In this document: piece after piece, positions 19,391-29,633 of the stretch
How positions within the stretch are numbered: the stretch's first letter is position 1
Layout: each line of letters opens with the position of its first letter
NCBI GenBank assembly: GCA_965204735.1
Contig: OZ242008.1
Location: 3,424,001 to 3,488,000, forward strand
Source of the DNA: Longimicrobiales bacterium
GTDB lineage: Bacteria; Gemmatimonadota; Gemmatimonadetes; Longimicrobiales; Gaopeijiaceae
Reading direction: 5' to 3'
DNA length: 64,000 bases
The notes under the pieces: generated by a model
What the model was told of the DNA's origin: nothing
The model's input: the letters and a program-made list of their open reading frames with translations, nothing else
Databases searched by the model: none
Position numbers and translations under genes: made by a program

Positions 19391-20565
19391 AGCCGACATC
19401 CAGTTCCTGGCGCGTCGTCGGGCGCGACGGCGCGGTGTTCGTCGCTCTTGCGGCGCTGGGCGCAGCCTGCGCCGACAGGGAATCGACGCCCACGCCCAGC
19501 CACCCCGTCGTCTCCTGGGACGCCAACGACCTCGAGCAATGGAGCTTGGCCCAAGAAGCCGACTTCGTGCTGGACGAAGACGAACTCGGCTTCCTGGCCG
19601 GGATGCCGGCTGGCCTTTTCGGCGTCTCCGGGTTGGTAGTGGTCGCCGACCGGGGCAACAGCCGTATACTCGTCCTCGACTCCCTTGGACGCCTGCAGCG
19701 AACAGTCGGACGCAGGGGGGACGGACCCCTGGAGTTCGTGGAACTCGCCTCCTTGAACGCATGGCCGGGCGATTCCGTGTTCGCCTTTGACATGCGCACT
19801 CGCTACTCCGTCTTCTCGCCGGAAACGGGAGAAGGACGCACAGTCAAGTTCGAAGGGATGATGGTCGGGCCGGTTGGTGCTTGGCCGGGCCCGAATACGG
19901 ACGAGCTCTGGCTACTCGAAGGGTCGCACATCTATCCCGGTCAGTACGAAGCCGGGCGCCAGAGAGTGCCATACAGCGTCGTGCGATGGCGTTCGCCCGA
20001 CTCGCTCGCTCCAGTCGGGTCGATTGCCGGGCAGGACCACTACTTTGGGCCCGGTGGACGCGGCATTGGCTTCCCTCCTGTGCGCTTCAACACCACTGTC
20101 GCGGCCGGAAACGGAGTCCTCTTCGTCTCGGAGGGAGACGCCAGGCTGACGGTCCTGGACGGGATGGGCGCGGTACGGCTCGAAGTCAGGGTCGCCGGCA
20201 CGGGCGTGGAGCTCGGTGGAGAGGTGCGGAGCCGAGTTACGGATTCGCTCTACGCGCTGGTGGCCCGCAGCCCCGTTCGCATGGCCAGGCGGCTCGAATC
20301 CGCCCCGCTGCCCGAGCGCACGGACGGCTTCGACGCGACCGTGCTCGCGCGGGACGGCACTCTCTGGATGGGCGGTCGCAGCATACCGGGCATTGAACGC
20401 CGTCTCTGGATAAACCTCGAACAGGACGGTGCGCCGGTACGTCGGTTGCTGCTGCCTCGTTCAGTGGTCGTGCTGGACGCCGACGAAGACCGCCTGCTCT
20501 TGACAACGCACGACGACCTGGGCGTATACCACGTGGAAGTGCGACAGATCGTTTCGCGGACCTAA
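19387..20565 (+). CDS. Lipoprotein, 6-bladed beta-propeller-like
   Basis: ATGA overlap with upstream gene; lipobox LGAAC; VVADRGN, GRRGDGPLEF. Confidence 0.7.
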   Translation: MKPTSSSWRVVGRDGAVFVALAALGAACADRESTPTPSHPVVSWDANDLEQWSLAQEADFVLDEDELGFLAGMPAGLFGVSGLVVVADRGNSRILVLDSLGRLQRTVGRRGDGPLEFVELASLNAWPGDSVFAFDMRTRYSVFSPETGEGRTVKFEGMMVGPVGAWPGPNTDELWLLEGSHIYPGQYEAGRQRVPYSVVRWRSPDSLAPVGSIAGQDHYFGPGGRGIGFPPVRFNTTVAAGNGVLFVSEGDARLTVLDGMGAVRLEVRVAGTGVELGGEVRSRVTDSLYALVARSPVRMARRLESAPLPERTDGFDATVLARDGTLWMGGRSIPGIERRLWINLEQDGAPVRRLLLPRSVVVLDADEDRLLLTTHDDLGVYHVEVRQIVSRT

Positions 20566-20581
20566 TAAACCACGTTCAATC

Positions 20582-21757
20582 ATGACCGACACGATTCGCA
20601 TCCTGTTCCTGGCTGGAGCAGTGGGACGCACGGTCGTCCTGTTCCTCGCGGTGCTGGTCGCTGGCTGCGCCGAGCGTGAACCGACGCCCACTTCCAGCCA
20701 CCCGGTCGTCGCTTGGCATGCGGACGACTTGGAGCAGTGGCACATGGTCGAGGACTCCGACTTTCTGCTGGACGAAGACGAAATCGGCTTCCTGGCCAAC
20801 CAGCCCCTCGGCCTCTTCGCTGCATCCGGGCTGGTCGTGGTCGCGGACCGGGGCAACCATCGGATTATCGTCCTAGATTCCCTTGGACGCCTGCAACGAA
20901 CAATCGGACGCAAAGGGGAGGGCCCCCTGGAGTTCATGGGGCTCGCCTCGATCGACGAATGGCCCGGCGATTCCGTGTTCGCCTTCGACATGCGCACCCG
21001 GTACTCCGTCTTCTCGCCGGAAACGGGAGAGGGGCGCACGGTCAAGTTCGAAGGGATGATGGGGCCGATTGGCGCTTGGCCGGGCCCGGAGGCGGACGAA
21101 CTCTGGCTGCTTGAGGGAGCGCACCTGTATCCTGCTGGGCAGTACCGGGCTGGGCGGCAGAGGGTGCCGTACAGCGTCGTGCGATGGCGTCCGCCCGACT
21201 CGATCTTCCCGATCGCGTCGATCGCCGGGCCGGACTACACTTTTGGAGCGGGTGGGCGGGGCCGCAGCCGCCCGCCTGTGCGCTTCCGGACCTCGATCGC
21301 CGCCGGGAACGGACTTCTGTTCGTCTCGGAGGGAGACCCGAGGCTGACCATCCGGGACGGGATGGGTGCGGTACGGCTCGAAGTCGAGGTCGCCGGCACG
21401 GGCGTGGAGCTTGCCGGAGAGGTGCGTAGCCAAGTCACGGACTCGCTGTACGCGCTCGTGGCGATTACCCGCGTACGCATGGCCAAGCGGCTCGAGAAGG
21501 CTCCTCTGCCCGAGCGAACAGATGGCTTCGACGCGACGGTGCTCGGGCGCGACGGGACCCTCTGGCTCGGCGGTCGCAACATACCGGGCATCAAAGATCG
21601 CCTCTGGGTCAACCTCGAACAGGACGGCACGCCGGTGCGTCGGTTGCGGCTCCCCCGTTCGGCAACGCTCATGGACGCGGACGGAGACCGCCTGCTCGTC
21701 AGGCGCTGGGACGGCTTGGGCGTGTACGATGTGGAGGTGCGCCGGATCGTCCCGTAG
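20582..21757 (+). CDS. Lipoprotein, tandem paralogue of 19387-20565
   Basis: Lipobox VAGC; long identical peptide runs with the upstream gene (WPGDSVFAFDMRTRYSVFSPETGEGRTVKFEGMM). Confidence 0.75.
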   Translation: MTDTIRILFLAGAVGRTVVLFLAVLVAGCAEREPTPTSSHPVVAWHADDLEQWHMVEDSDFLLDEDEIGFLANQPLGLFAASGLVVVADRGNHRIIVLDSLGRLQRTIGRKGEGPLEFMGLASIDEWPGDSVFAFDMRTRYSVFSPETGEGRTVKFEGMMGPIGAWPGPEADELWLLEGAHLYPAGQYRAGRQRVPYSVVRWRPPDSIFPIASIAGPDYTFGAGGRGRSRPPVRFRTSIAAGNGLLFVSEGDPRLTIRDGMGAVRLEVEVAGTGVELAGEVRSQVTDSLYALVAITRVRMAKRLEKAPLPERTDGFDATVLGRDGTLWLGGRNIPGIKDRLWVNLEQDGTPVRRLRLPRSATLMDADGDRLLVRRWDGLGVYDVEVRRIVP

Positions 21758-21776
21758 GCAGGTGGGTCCGGGTGGT

Positions 21777-23645
21777 TTACCAGGCCGGCGCCGGGAAGAA
21801 GGCCGCGTCCTCGATCCCGATCACAGGCACGACCAAGGCCCGGTCCAGGTAGTCGTTGCGCATCTCGCACGAGGTCTCGGCGACCAGCGCGCAGGCGTGG
21901 CAAGCGGCGCCAAGGAGCAGATGGCCCTCCAGCGCAGTCTCGGGCGCATGCTGGGCGCAGATGGGGTCGTTGGAGCAGAGGGCGGCCGCGCGGCAGGCTT
22001 GGTCCAGGTGGTCCTCGATGCGGCGGGCTTGCTGGACTAGGCCGCCCAAGGTTCCGTCGGCGTCGGGGCTGCCAGTGTAGAGGAGTATGCCGTAGCGGTC
22101 GTTTTCGGTGTACAGGCGCTCGCGGATCGACGTGACGGGGTAGCCGCATCGCATCGCCAGCGACTGGACAAGTAGGTGCGACAGGGTATGGAGCAGGATG
22201 TACGGGCCGCCAGGGAAGGGGCGCGTGGTCTTGCGGTCCTTGCACCAAGCGTCGTGGCCTTCCTCAAGGGCGGCCAAGCGAGCCTGCACAGCGTCGCGCT
22301 CGAGCCACTCATGAACGGTGCTCGTGTCCAGCTGTACGAACACGCCCTCTCCCCGGTTCTCCACCGCTGGGAACCACTCCGGGACCAGCGCCAAGGCGGC
22401 GGGCTCAATGTCGGAGTCAGAGTCGTACTCTCCGTGGATGTCGGGCGAGATCGCCTCCAGGCGCGTGAAGCCTGCCAGGGCCATCACTTCGCGGAGGCGG
22501 TGAAGCTGAACGACGCACGCGATGCGCGGTCGAGAGGACTTGCCCGGTTGTCCCGCGTGTCGCCACGCAGAGCCCGGAAGGCGCCGGGCGTGGAACTGGG
22601 GGTCGAAGGGCGCGTCGTCGCCGTAGCCCTCGGGGGCGTTCAAGATAGCTTCGAGTTCGACAAGCTTCACTGGTTGGTCGCCGGCGCGTCCATCCTTCTT
22701 CTCCGCGATCGTCTTGAGCACCAGGTCGTCGTCGAAGTGGGCCAGCGCTTCCGCCACCTCGGGCTTGCGCTTCATGAACGCCAGGCCGCCGGCGTCGTCC
22801 ACGATTGTCAAGTCGTTCCAGAGAGAGTCGACGGCACTCCGAATCTCGGAGCCGGGGTCGGGGAGCGACAGGACAGTCACGATCTGCGGGAAGTAGGCGT
22901 TGGACGCAGTGCGGACCAGGAGACGGGTCGGGTGGCTGCACGGCTCGTTGGCGTTCCTTCCCAGCCAAGGACGGGCGCCCGTACATCGTCCGAGAGCCCT
23001 CCGCGATATGTCGATCGCTTCGTAGAGGTGCCGCCGCTTCCCGCACTCGCATCGAACAACGAGTTCACCCAAGTCGCCCGCGGTGCCGGTCTGATCCAGC
23101 CACAGGGGGCGGTTGCAGTTCGGGCCGGCCGACCCGTCGTGCTGGTTCTCATCCGCCGAGTGCACGAAGGCTCGCCAGTCGAGGTCGTCCAAGTGACCAC
23201 GGGCGCAAGCGCGAACGTGAACCGTTGGCACCACGGGACGGCCATCGTACCAACCCCTTTCATCCAGCGCCCTGCGGTGCACCAAGCGGCGAGAACCGCT
23301 ACGTCGTCGACGCTCGGCCGAGCCGGACTCGCCTCCTTTCTTCGGTTTCTCTTGTACCAGGAACCATTCGGGAAAACGCCACGCGCCAACTCCCAGCTGT
23401 GGTTCCCAAGGCTTGCGCGAGTCCGCGGCAGGCGGTGCATAGAGCCGGGGAAAGGGCAAGCCCGTCATCGCCTCCAGCTTGCGCGACAATCGGGGCTCCA
23501 CAACTTCCTCGAGCTGGCCTGGGCCCGGCCACGTCTCGAGTCCGCCCATCACCGCCGCGTGGCGCGGCATGTCGATGAGAGCGCCGGGTCCCCAGGTGGT
23601 GATCGCCTGGCCTCTCCGAATCTGGCCGTGAGCTCTGGTGCTCAT
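21777..23645 (-). CDS. drmB: DISARM DUF1998-domain protein
   Basis: N-terminal GQIRRGQAITTWGPGALID, HTLSHLL, DGTLGGL, C-terminal CSNDPIC...ACHAC...SCE Cys cluster; start overlaps drmA stop. Confidence 0.9.
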   Translation of the reverse strand: MSTRAHGQIRRGQAITTWGPGALIDMPRHAAVMGGLETWPGPGQLEEVVEPRLSRKLEAMTGLPFPRLYAPPAADSRKPWEPQLGVGAWRFPEWFLVQEKPKKGGESGSAERRRRSGSRRLVHRRALDERGWYDGRPVVPTVHVRACARGHLDDLDWRAFVHSADENQHDGSAGPNCNRPLWLDQTGTAGDLGELVVRCECGKRRHLYEAIDISRRALGRCTGARPWLGRNANEPCSHPTRLLVRTASNAYFPQIVTVLSLPDPGSEIRSAVDSLWNDLTIVDDAGGLAFMKRKPEVAEALAHFDDDLVLKTIAEKKDGRAGDQPVKLVELEAILNAPEGYGDDAPFDPQFHARRLPGSAWRHAGQPGKSSRPRIACVVQLHRLREVMALAGFTRLEAISPDIHGEYDSDSDIEPAALALVPEWFPAVENRGEGVFVQLDTSTVHEWLERDAVQARLAALEEGHDAWCKDRKTTRPFPGGPYILLHTLSHLLVQSLAMRCGYPVTSIRERLYTENDRYGILLYTGSPDADGTLGGLVQQARRIEDHLDQACRAAALCSNDPICAQHAPETALEGHLLLGAACHACALVAETSCEMRNDYLDRALVVPVIGIEDAAFFPAPAW

Positions 23646-26600
23646 GGCCTGCTCGCCGCGCCCGGCTCCTGCACATACACATTCACCTCCGGCTCCACAT
23701 CTCGCAGGGAGCGGTTGACGCGGAACTTGCCGTGATGCTCGGTCTCGAAGTCGCGGTCGAGCATCTCGCGAAGCAACGGCTTCAGCGTCTTCTGGTGCTT
23801 CTCGTGCTTCTGGTACTGGACGCCCACTCCTGCCCCGCGATAGAAGTCGATCACGTGCTGCCACGAGTCGAGCAAGTCCACTATCCGATTGCGAACGCTG
23901 CGCGCAAGCTCGGCGCGCTCTCCGTCGTCCAACACGCCCGGCTGCTGCTCGACGCGATCGAGAAACGCCTGCAAGAGAAGGCGCTCGACATCGCCGCGTT
24001 CGTCGCCCAGCCGCTCCACACCCTTGAACGGCGCGAGCGCGGCGCAGCCATGGCGAGCCAGCGCAACGATCGCCCCCGCGAGCCCGCGGTCAAGGGCCCG
24101 CGAGGCAAACGGCGTCACGCTGGTCGCCTCCACGGAGCGGTAGAACGTTTCGTGATAGCTGCGGAACGTCTCGTAGTGCGACCGGTCGCGGGGTCTGTGC
24201 ACGTTGAGCAACGTCACGACCAAGCCGGGGCGGTCGCTGTCGCGGCCCACGCGACTGGTGGCCTGGATGTACTCGGCGTGCGTCTTGGGTTGGCCCACGA
24301 CGAACATGAGTCCCAAGCGGGGAATGTCGAGCCCTACCGAAATCATGTTGGTTGCGATGGCGTAGTCGACCGAGCCCTTCTCATGCGACCCGCGGCCGAG
24401 CCGTTGACGGGCCTCGGCTACCTTGCCGGTCGGGACACGGGACGTGAGTTCGACCACGTCGCCGACCGTGCGACGACTCCGGAACAGTCCAGCAGGCGCG
24501 GTCCGGGACGCCTTGCCCACCGCAGTCCGGCGCCGGGCGCCGATCCGCTGAAGCGTGTTGCGCACCTCTTCCTCCAGGATGCGCCGGGCGCCGCCCAGTT
24601 CACGCAGGCTGTTGAAGTAGCCAAGCAACGTCATGTAGGGGTCGGCCGGATTGTGCTCATTGCGGTGGCCGCCGGCCTCCCGGTACGCCTTCTCCGCCGC
24701 GCCCATCATGGCCAGCACGACTCGTCTCATCACCAGCTTGGGATTACGGCCCTGGGCGGCGATGCCCAGGTAGAGGCGTGCGGGCGTCTCGGACGCGGGC
24801 GCGGTGCGCGCAAAGAAGGAATCGCCCCGCGTCGGGCCGGGAGGTGGAAAAACCTGCGTGGCCGGGCGGGCGAACAGCGCCTGTATCTGGTCCTGCGCCC
24901 GGCGGACCGTGGCTGTGGACGCCACGATCTTTGGAGCCTCGCCTGCTCTCTTGCACATCGCTTCGATAGCCGTCTCATAGAGGCCCGCCATGGTGCCCAA
25001 GGGACCCGAGATCAGGTGCAGCTCGTCCTGCACAATGAGATCGGGTGGAGGCAGCGGCGCGGGGAGTCGGTGTCCGGCCCCAGGCTCCGAAGCGCCGTAG
25101 AAGCCGCCGGGACCGACGTGGTCCGCGTGGTCCGCGCCTCCCAGCAGCACGCCGCACGCACCCGTCCAAGGCAACGAGGCGAACTTGTCCACGGTCGCCA
25201 CCACGAACGCGGGCAGGCGGCGGTACAGGGGCTCGTCCACGGCGACGATCGGCAGCGAACGGTCGCCGGCGAAGTCGCACGCAAAGTCCGCGCACCCGAT
25301 GCGCAAGTTGCGCGGGTTGTCGTCGTTGGGCTCCAGTTGAAAGGAGTGCTCGTCGAAAGATGTGCCGCACCAAGGACAGTCTTCCAAGGGAATGGGCGAC
25401 GGCTTGTTGCGCGGATCCTGCTTGTAGTGGATCGTGCGCGTGCGAGCCGTGTCGCGGCGTCTGTCGCCCTTGCGGCCCAAAACGTTGGGCGTCGCCGCCT
25501 TGCCGACCCACAGGCCGATCTCGAAGGGCCACTCCCCGTAGCGGGCCGTGTCGCGCTCGCGCTCCAGCTCCAAGGCGCACACGAGTCCTGCGGCTCGCGC
25601 CAGCTGATCGAAGGTCAGCAGGCGCAGCGTGTAGCGCATCACGACGGATACGCCCGCGCCCCGATGCTTGGCCGGTCCCCCGTCGCGCAGCCGCCGCAGC
25701 ACCATTGCGATGGCCGCAAGCCCCAGATACGCCTCCGTCTTGCCTCCGCCGGTGGGGAAGAACAGCAGGTCCACCGTGTTGCGGTCGGCGTGGGCAGGAT
25801 CGGCCAAGCCACGCAGATTCAGCAGGATGAACGCGAGCTGGAAGCTCCTCCAGCGGGGCGACTCGCTTGGCCCTGCGCGGCGCCGAAGCGCGGCGCCCAC
25901 GGCGCGGTTGGCCATGCGAAACGCGTCCAGAACGTCGCTATCTTCGACCAGCGTCAAGATGCCGCGCTCCATGCGGTCGCCCGCTTGTTCGGCCAAGTCC
26001 AGGAGTTGCCGGGCCGTCTCGACGCGCTGGTTGTCCGAAGCCTCCAGCTCCCGGCGACGGGCCGCGATCCAGGCACGGTAGCAGTCTACCAACGGCGACA
26101 GGGCAGCCTTCGCGGCGTCCCCGTCCGTCAGCGCGCCGAGATCGTCCATCGCCAATACGGCGCCGGACACGTCGTCCATCGTCTCGGTCTTCTCGACTTG
26201 GGCACTGGGAATCCACGCCGTGCGGACCCTCCGGCACTCTCCGTCCACGACGTCCCAGTCGGCGGACACGCCATGGCCGGCCGCGTACTCGGGCGAGTCC
26301 GCGTAGTGAAGGTCCGCCACCTGCTCGTCCCAGTCGTCGAGCGACGAGCCCCGAGGGTCCGGCCGGGCCACGAACGGCTCGGCGCAACTCGCTTCGATGC
26401 GGGGCTGAAAGACAAAGGCCGTGTCCCGGTCGCCCTCTGCGTCGTTCTCGACCGCCGCCCTGCGGTTCACCAAGAACACCGAAGCTGCCCGAGTGCCGAC
26501 AGGCATCCTGTTTGCAAGTGTTCCGCTCGCTCCGATCGACCGGCAGACCAGATGGAGCTCAAGTCCCGCCGAGTCCGGCACGCTGGCGACGACCGGCTTC

Positions 26601-27088
26601 GATCCGTTGCCAAGCGACATGGATACAGTCTCTCTGCGAGGGCGTCGTCGCCATACCTGGACGGGCTTGCGCTGCCCTTCGGCACCCGTTGCCTCCCCTT
26701 CGAATACGTCTCGCTCGTAGTCGCCCCAGGTGACAGTGACGTCCAACGAATCGACCCTCGGCGAGACCAGGAAGCTCAGGCCCATCGACGACGGAAAGAA
26801 CGCCTTCTTGGCGGCCCTTCGCTCTTCGCTGGACTCCTCGCCAAGGCCCGCGAGTTCGGGTGTCTCGTCCAGCTCGCCTTCCTCATCCAAGTCCGCCCGA
26901 TGCTCAGGAGGCGCGCCCGAAGGGACCAGGAAGCCGGTCAAGTACCACACGGACGGGCGCTCCCAACCCGGCAGCAGCTCTTCCTCGAAGGCGTGGCCGG
27001 GCCAAGGGCCGACCAAGTCGAGGTGCAGCGAATCCACCAGCTGCTCGCGGACTTCCGCGGATGTGGGCGGGGCCTGGGAGCGGGACAT
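23642..27088 (-). CDS. drmA: DISARM SF2 helicase
   Basis: FFPTGGGKTEAY, RYTLRLLT, QDELHLISGPLG, STAT, ATNMISVGLD, YIQATSRVGR; TGATG overlap with upstream gene. Confidence 0.92.
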   Translation of the reverse strand: MSRSQAPPTSAEVREQLVDSLHLDLVGPWPGHAFEEELLPGWERPSVWYLTGFLVPSGAPPEHRADLDEEGELDETPELAGLGEESSEERRAAKKAFFPSSMGLSFLVSPRVDSLDVTVTWGDYERDVFEGEATGAEGQRKPVQVWRRRPRRETVSMSLGNGSKPVVASVPDSAGLELHLVCRSIGASGTLANRMPVGTRAASVFLVNRRAAVENDAEGDRDTAFVFQPRIEASCAEPFVARPDPRGSSLDDWDEQVADLHYADSPEYAAGHGVSADWDVVDGECRRVRTAWIPSAQVEKTETMDDVSGAVLAMDDLGALTDGDAAKAALSPLVDCYRAWIAARRRELEASDNQRVETARQLLDLAEQAGDRMERGILTLVEDSDVLDAFRMANRAVGAALRRRAGPSESPRWRSFQLAFILLNLRGLADPAHADRNTVDLLFFPTGGGKTEAYLGLAAIAMVLRRLRDGGPAKHRGAGVSVVMRYTLRLLTFDQLARAAGLVCALELERERDTARYGEWPFEIGLWVGKAATPNVLGRKGDRRRDTARTRTIHYKQDPRNKPSPIPLEDCPWCGTSFDEHSFQLEPNDDNPRNLRIGCADFACDFAGDRSLPIVAVDEPLYRRLPAFVVATVDKFASLPWTGACGVLLGGADHADHVGPGGFYGASEPGAGHRLPAPLPPPDLIVQDELHLISGPLGTMAGLYETAIEAMCKRAGEAPKIVASTATVRRAQDQIQALFARPATQVFPPPGPTRGDSFFARTAPASETPARLYLGIAAQGRNPKLVMRRVVLAMMGAAEKAYREAGGHRNEHNPADPYMTLLGYFNSLRELGGARRILEEEVRNTLQRIGARRRTAVGKASRTAPAGLFRSRRTVGDVVELTSRVPTGKVAEARQRLGRGSHEKGSVDYAIATNMISVGLDIPRLGLMFVVGQPKTHAEYIQATSRVGRDSDRPGLVVTLLNVHRPRDRSHYETFRSYHETFYRSVEATSVTPFASRALDRGLAGAIVALARHGCAALAPFKGVERLGDERGDVERLLLQAFLDRVEQQPGVLDDGERAELARSVRNRIVDLLDSWQHVIDFYRGAGVGVQYQKHEKHQKTLKPLLREMLDRDFETEHHGKFRVNRSLRDVEPEVNVYVQEPGAASRP

Positions 27089-27690
27089 CAGCCGGCCGCC
27101 TTGTGGACGCGGTCGAACTCGGAGGTCAAGTCGCGCCACAGCTTGTCGAAAGACGGTGCGGACCTTGCGGCCGCCATGTCGAAGCTTGCCGTCAACGACA
27201 CTTGATCCTTGGGAGGCCGATACCGCTTGTTCGACTCCGTGCGCGCACTCAGCCAGCCCTTTGCGTCGCGAACTCCTTCTGGATTGCGGGGCGACGAAAT
27301 GCTTGTTGCCAGACCGCACGTTCCCGCCAGCGACTCCGCCGCGGCAAGAAACCAAGCTTCGTATTCGCACTTGGCCAGCACGACCCGTATGTTGCGGTCG
27401 GAACGCGACCGGCGCGCACGTCGCAGCAGCTCGGGTGCAAGATCCGCCGGGCAGTCTCGGTCCGCGTCCAAGAGCACAAGGATCAAGCCGTCGGGTGCAA
27501 TCCGTTGCGCCGCAAGCTCAATCGCATTCTCAAAGTCGGGCGATCGCACCACAGCCTGCCGGTCTCGGCGGATTGTCTCAACACGCAAGTGCAGTCCGGG
27601 CGACGCAACGGCAGCAATCCGTCTCAGCAGTACCGGCACGGCCTCGACCTCTCCTCGGCCCTCGACCACCGCTACGACGTCAAGCTTCAT
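27088..27690 (-). CDS. DUF4276-type TOPRIM-like protein, copy A
   Basis: VVEGRGE, LVLLDADRDCP, EYEAWFLA; overlaps the upstream ATPase. Confidence 0.75.
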   Translation of the reverse strand: MKLDVVAVVEGRGEVEAVPVLLRRIAAVASPGLHLRVETIRRDRQAVVRSPDFENAIELAAQRIAPDGLILVLLDADRDCPADLAPELLRRARRSRSDRNIRVVLAKCEYEAWFLAAAESLAGTCGLATSISSPRNPEGVRDAKGWLSARTESNKRYRPPKDQVSLTASFDMAAARSAPSFDKLWRDLTSEFDRVHKAAG

Positions 27691-28906
27691 CGGCAACCTG
27701 CCGGCCAAACAGTGCAATGCGGGTCCGACTTGACGACGCAACGGTGGGTTCTGGCCGCAACTGCCGCATTCTCAGCAAGTCGCCGGCGGTGAAGTCCCCT
27801 CGTTCGACAGCGGATCGTCCCACATCGTCCACCCGGCCGATCTGTGCCAGGCCGTCGGTCGCCGTCACCGGCAGAAGCGAGCCGATGGGCGTGTCAGGGT
27901 GATCCAGCATGTCGGAACTGTGCGTCGTGACGACGACCTGCGAATCGTCCGCCCCTTCCCGAAGAATGTCAATGAACATCTCCAGCGCGGCCGGGTGAAG
28001 CGCCGTCTCCGGCTCTTCAATGCCAACGAGCCGACGATGCGCGCCGCCATCTCCGGCGTTCTGAAGCAGCGCCACCAAGACTCCGACCGTGCGCAACGTC
28101 CCGTCGGACATGCTGCTGCCGTCGAACCTGCGATAACGCTTGCCCTCTCGGACTACTTGACGGAACACCAACCGTTCCTCCGACCCCAAGGACCGCTTGT
28201 CCACGGACACGACCCCCGGAACGACGGCCTGCAGATACCAATCGAGTCTTTCCTTGGTCTCCGGCGATCGTTTTGCAAGCGTGGCCAAGACGCTCGCTAC
28301 GTTGCTGCCGTCCGAACGAAGCAGCGAATCCGGGCCAGAGGGTCGCGTCATCCGCATCCGCTCAGGACTCAGCCGGTAGAACTTCATTTGCGACAGTGCC
28401 TCATACACGGATGCGAATTCAAAGACGCTCGCGGCCCGCACCAGATAGAGCATCTTGTCCGACGCAGGCGGTGGATAAGAAAATGTAGCCTTCTGGATGC
28501 GACCTCCCTCGACCGCATAGAAGTGGGAGTCTTCCCCTTTCTCAATCAGACATTCCTCTCGCTTGACCCGATATCCCCCGTCCGTCGCCTGGGCGATGGC
28601 CACGGCGAAGTAGCCCGATCCTTCGGCAACGCTGTAGTCCAGGCGAATCCCGAAGTGTCCCGGTCTGCCGGACGTTCGGCGCACCACGCCTCGAAACCCA
28701 TTGCGGCGACTCAAGGCTTCGTCCAGAGACGGGCTGAGCGACTCGGCAATAAAGCACATGGCGTCGAGAAAGTTGCTCTTGCCCGCGCCGTTGGGGCCCA
28801 CAAGCAGCGCCAGTTGCTGCAGCTCCACATCGCAGGCCGCGATGTTGCGATAGTTCTTGATCTTGACGCGCCTGATCAGCCGGCAGTCTGTGGCGGCCTG
28901 GTTCAA
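27680..28906 (-). CDS. ABC-type (AAA_21/OLD-like) ATPase, copy A
   Basis: IKNYRNI, GPNGAGKSN, MSDGT, IEEPETALHP, TTHS; TTG 28906 after GGAGG. Confidence 0.88.
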   Translation of the reverse strand: MNQAATDCRLIRRVKIKNYRNIAACDVELQQLALLVGPNGAGKSNFLDAMCFIAESLSPSLDEALSRRNGFRGVVRRTSGRPGHFGIRLDYSVAEGSGYFAVAIAQATDGGYRVKREECLIEKGEDSHFYAVEGGRIQKATFSYPPPASDKMLYLVRAASVFEFASVYEALSQMKFYRLSPERMRMTRPSGPDSLLRSDGSNVASVLATLAKRSPETKERLDWYLQAVVPGVVSVDKRSLGSEERLVFRQVVREGKRYRRFDGSSMSDGTLRTVGVLVALLQNAGDGGAHRRLVGIEEPETALHPAALEMFIDILREGADDSQVVVTTHSSDMLDHPDTPIGSLLPVTATDGLAQIGRVDDVGRSAVERGDFTAGDLLRMRQLRPEPTVASSSRTRIALFGRQVADEA

Positions 28907-29030
28907 TTCTCCGTCCTCCAAGTCAACGGTTTGACACCTTGCGGTACCCCGGCGTGCATTCCGGCCCTGAAGGTCGCCAGTCCGCTCAACGGCGGCAAGC
29001 CCCTTCCGTCCCAACTGCGGAACGCAGACA

Positions 29031-29633
29031 CTATTGGCTTCTCCTGCGGAAGCGGCCGAACTCGGCGGTCACGTCACGCCACAGCTTGTCGAACGACGGA
29101 GCGGTCCTTGCAGCAGCCATGTCGAACGCCGCCGTCAGGGACGTCTGGTGCACCGAGGGCCGATACGCCCCTTCGTCTGCCTGATGACGGCTCAGCCATC
29201 CCTTGGCATCCCGAATTCCTTCCGGGTCCGCGGGAGCCGTCATGTCCGTGCGCAGTCCGTGCTTGCCCGCCAGCGATTCAGCCGACGCAAGAAACCACGC
29301 TTCGTACTCAGCTTTGGCCAGGACGACCCGCGTGCGTCGATCGGGCCGGGCCTTCCTGGCGCGCCGAACCAACTGCGGCCCCAGTTCCGCCGGGCAATCG
29401 GTGTCGGCGTCCAGCAGAACCAGGATGAGCCCCGTCCGCCGTACGCGTCGTGCCGCCAAGTCGATAAATTTCTCGAAGTGCGGCTCTTTCACCACCAGCT
29501 GCCTTCCTCGTCGTAGAACGCTGATACTCAGATTGAGACCGGGCGTCGCAGCACCGGCGATTCTGCGCAAGAGCACCGGCACGGCCATCGTCTCACCCTT
29601 TCCTTCCACGACGACCGCGATGTCGAGGGTCAT
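29031..29633 (-). CDS. DUF4276-type TOPRIM-like protein, copy B
   Basis: VVEGKGE, LVLLDADTDCP, EYEAWFLA; alignable over its full length with copy A. Confidence 0.75.
   Translation of the reverse strand: MTLDIAVVVEGKGETMAVPVLLRRIAGAATPGLNLSISVLRRGRQLVVKEPHFEKFIDLAARRVRRTGLILVLLDADTDCPAELGPQLVRRARKARPDRRTRVVLAKAEYEAWFLASAESLAGKHGLRTDMTAPADPEGIRDAKGWLSRHQADEGAYRPSVHQTSLTAAFDMAAARTAPSFDKLWRDVTAEFGRFRRRSQ

Noticed and set aside
23732..27205. 1157-aa plus-strand ORF, and other long antisense ORFs (4272-7145, 9326-11860, 11721-14582, 36023-38182, 60431-62899)
   Set aside because: Shadow frames of well-supported opposite-strand genes in high-GC DNA; no motifs.
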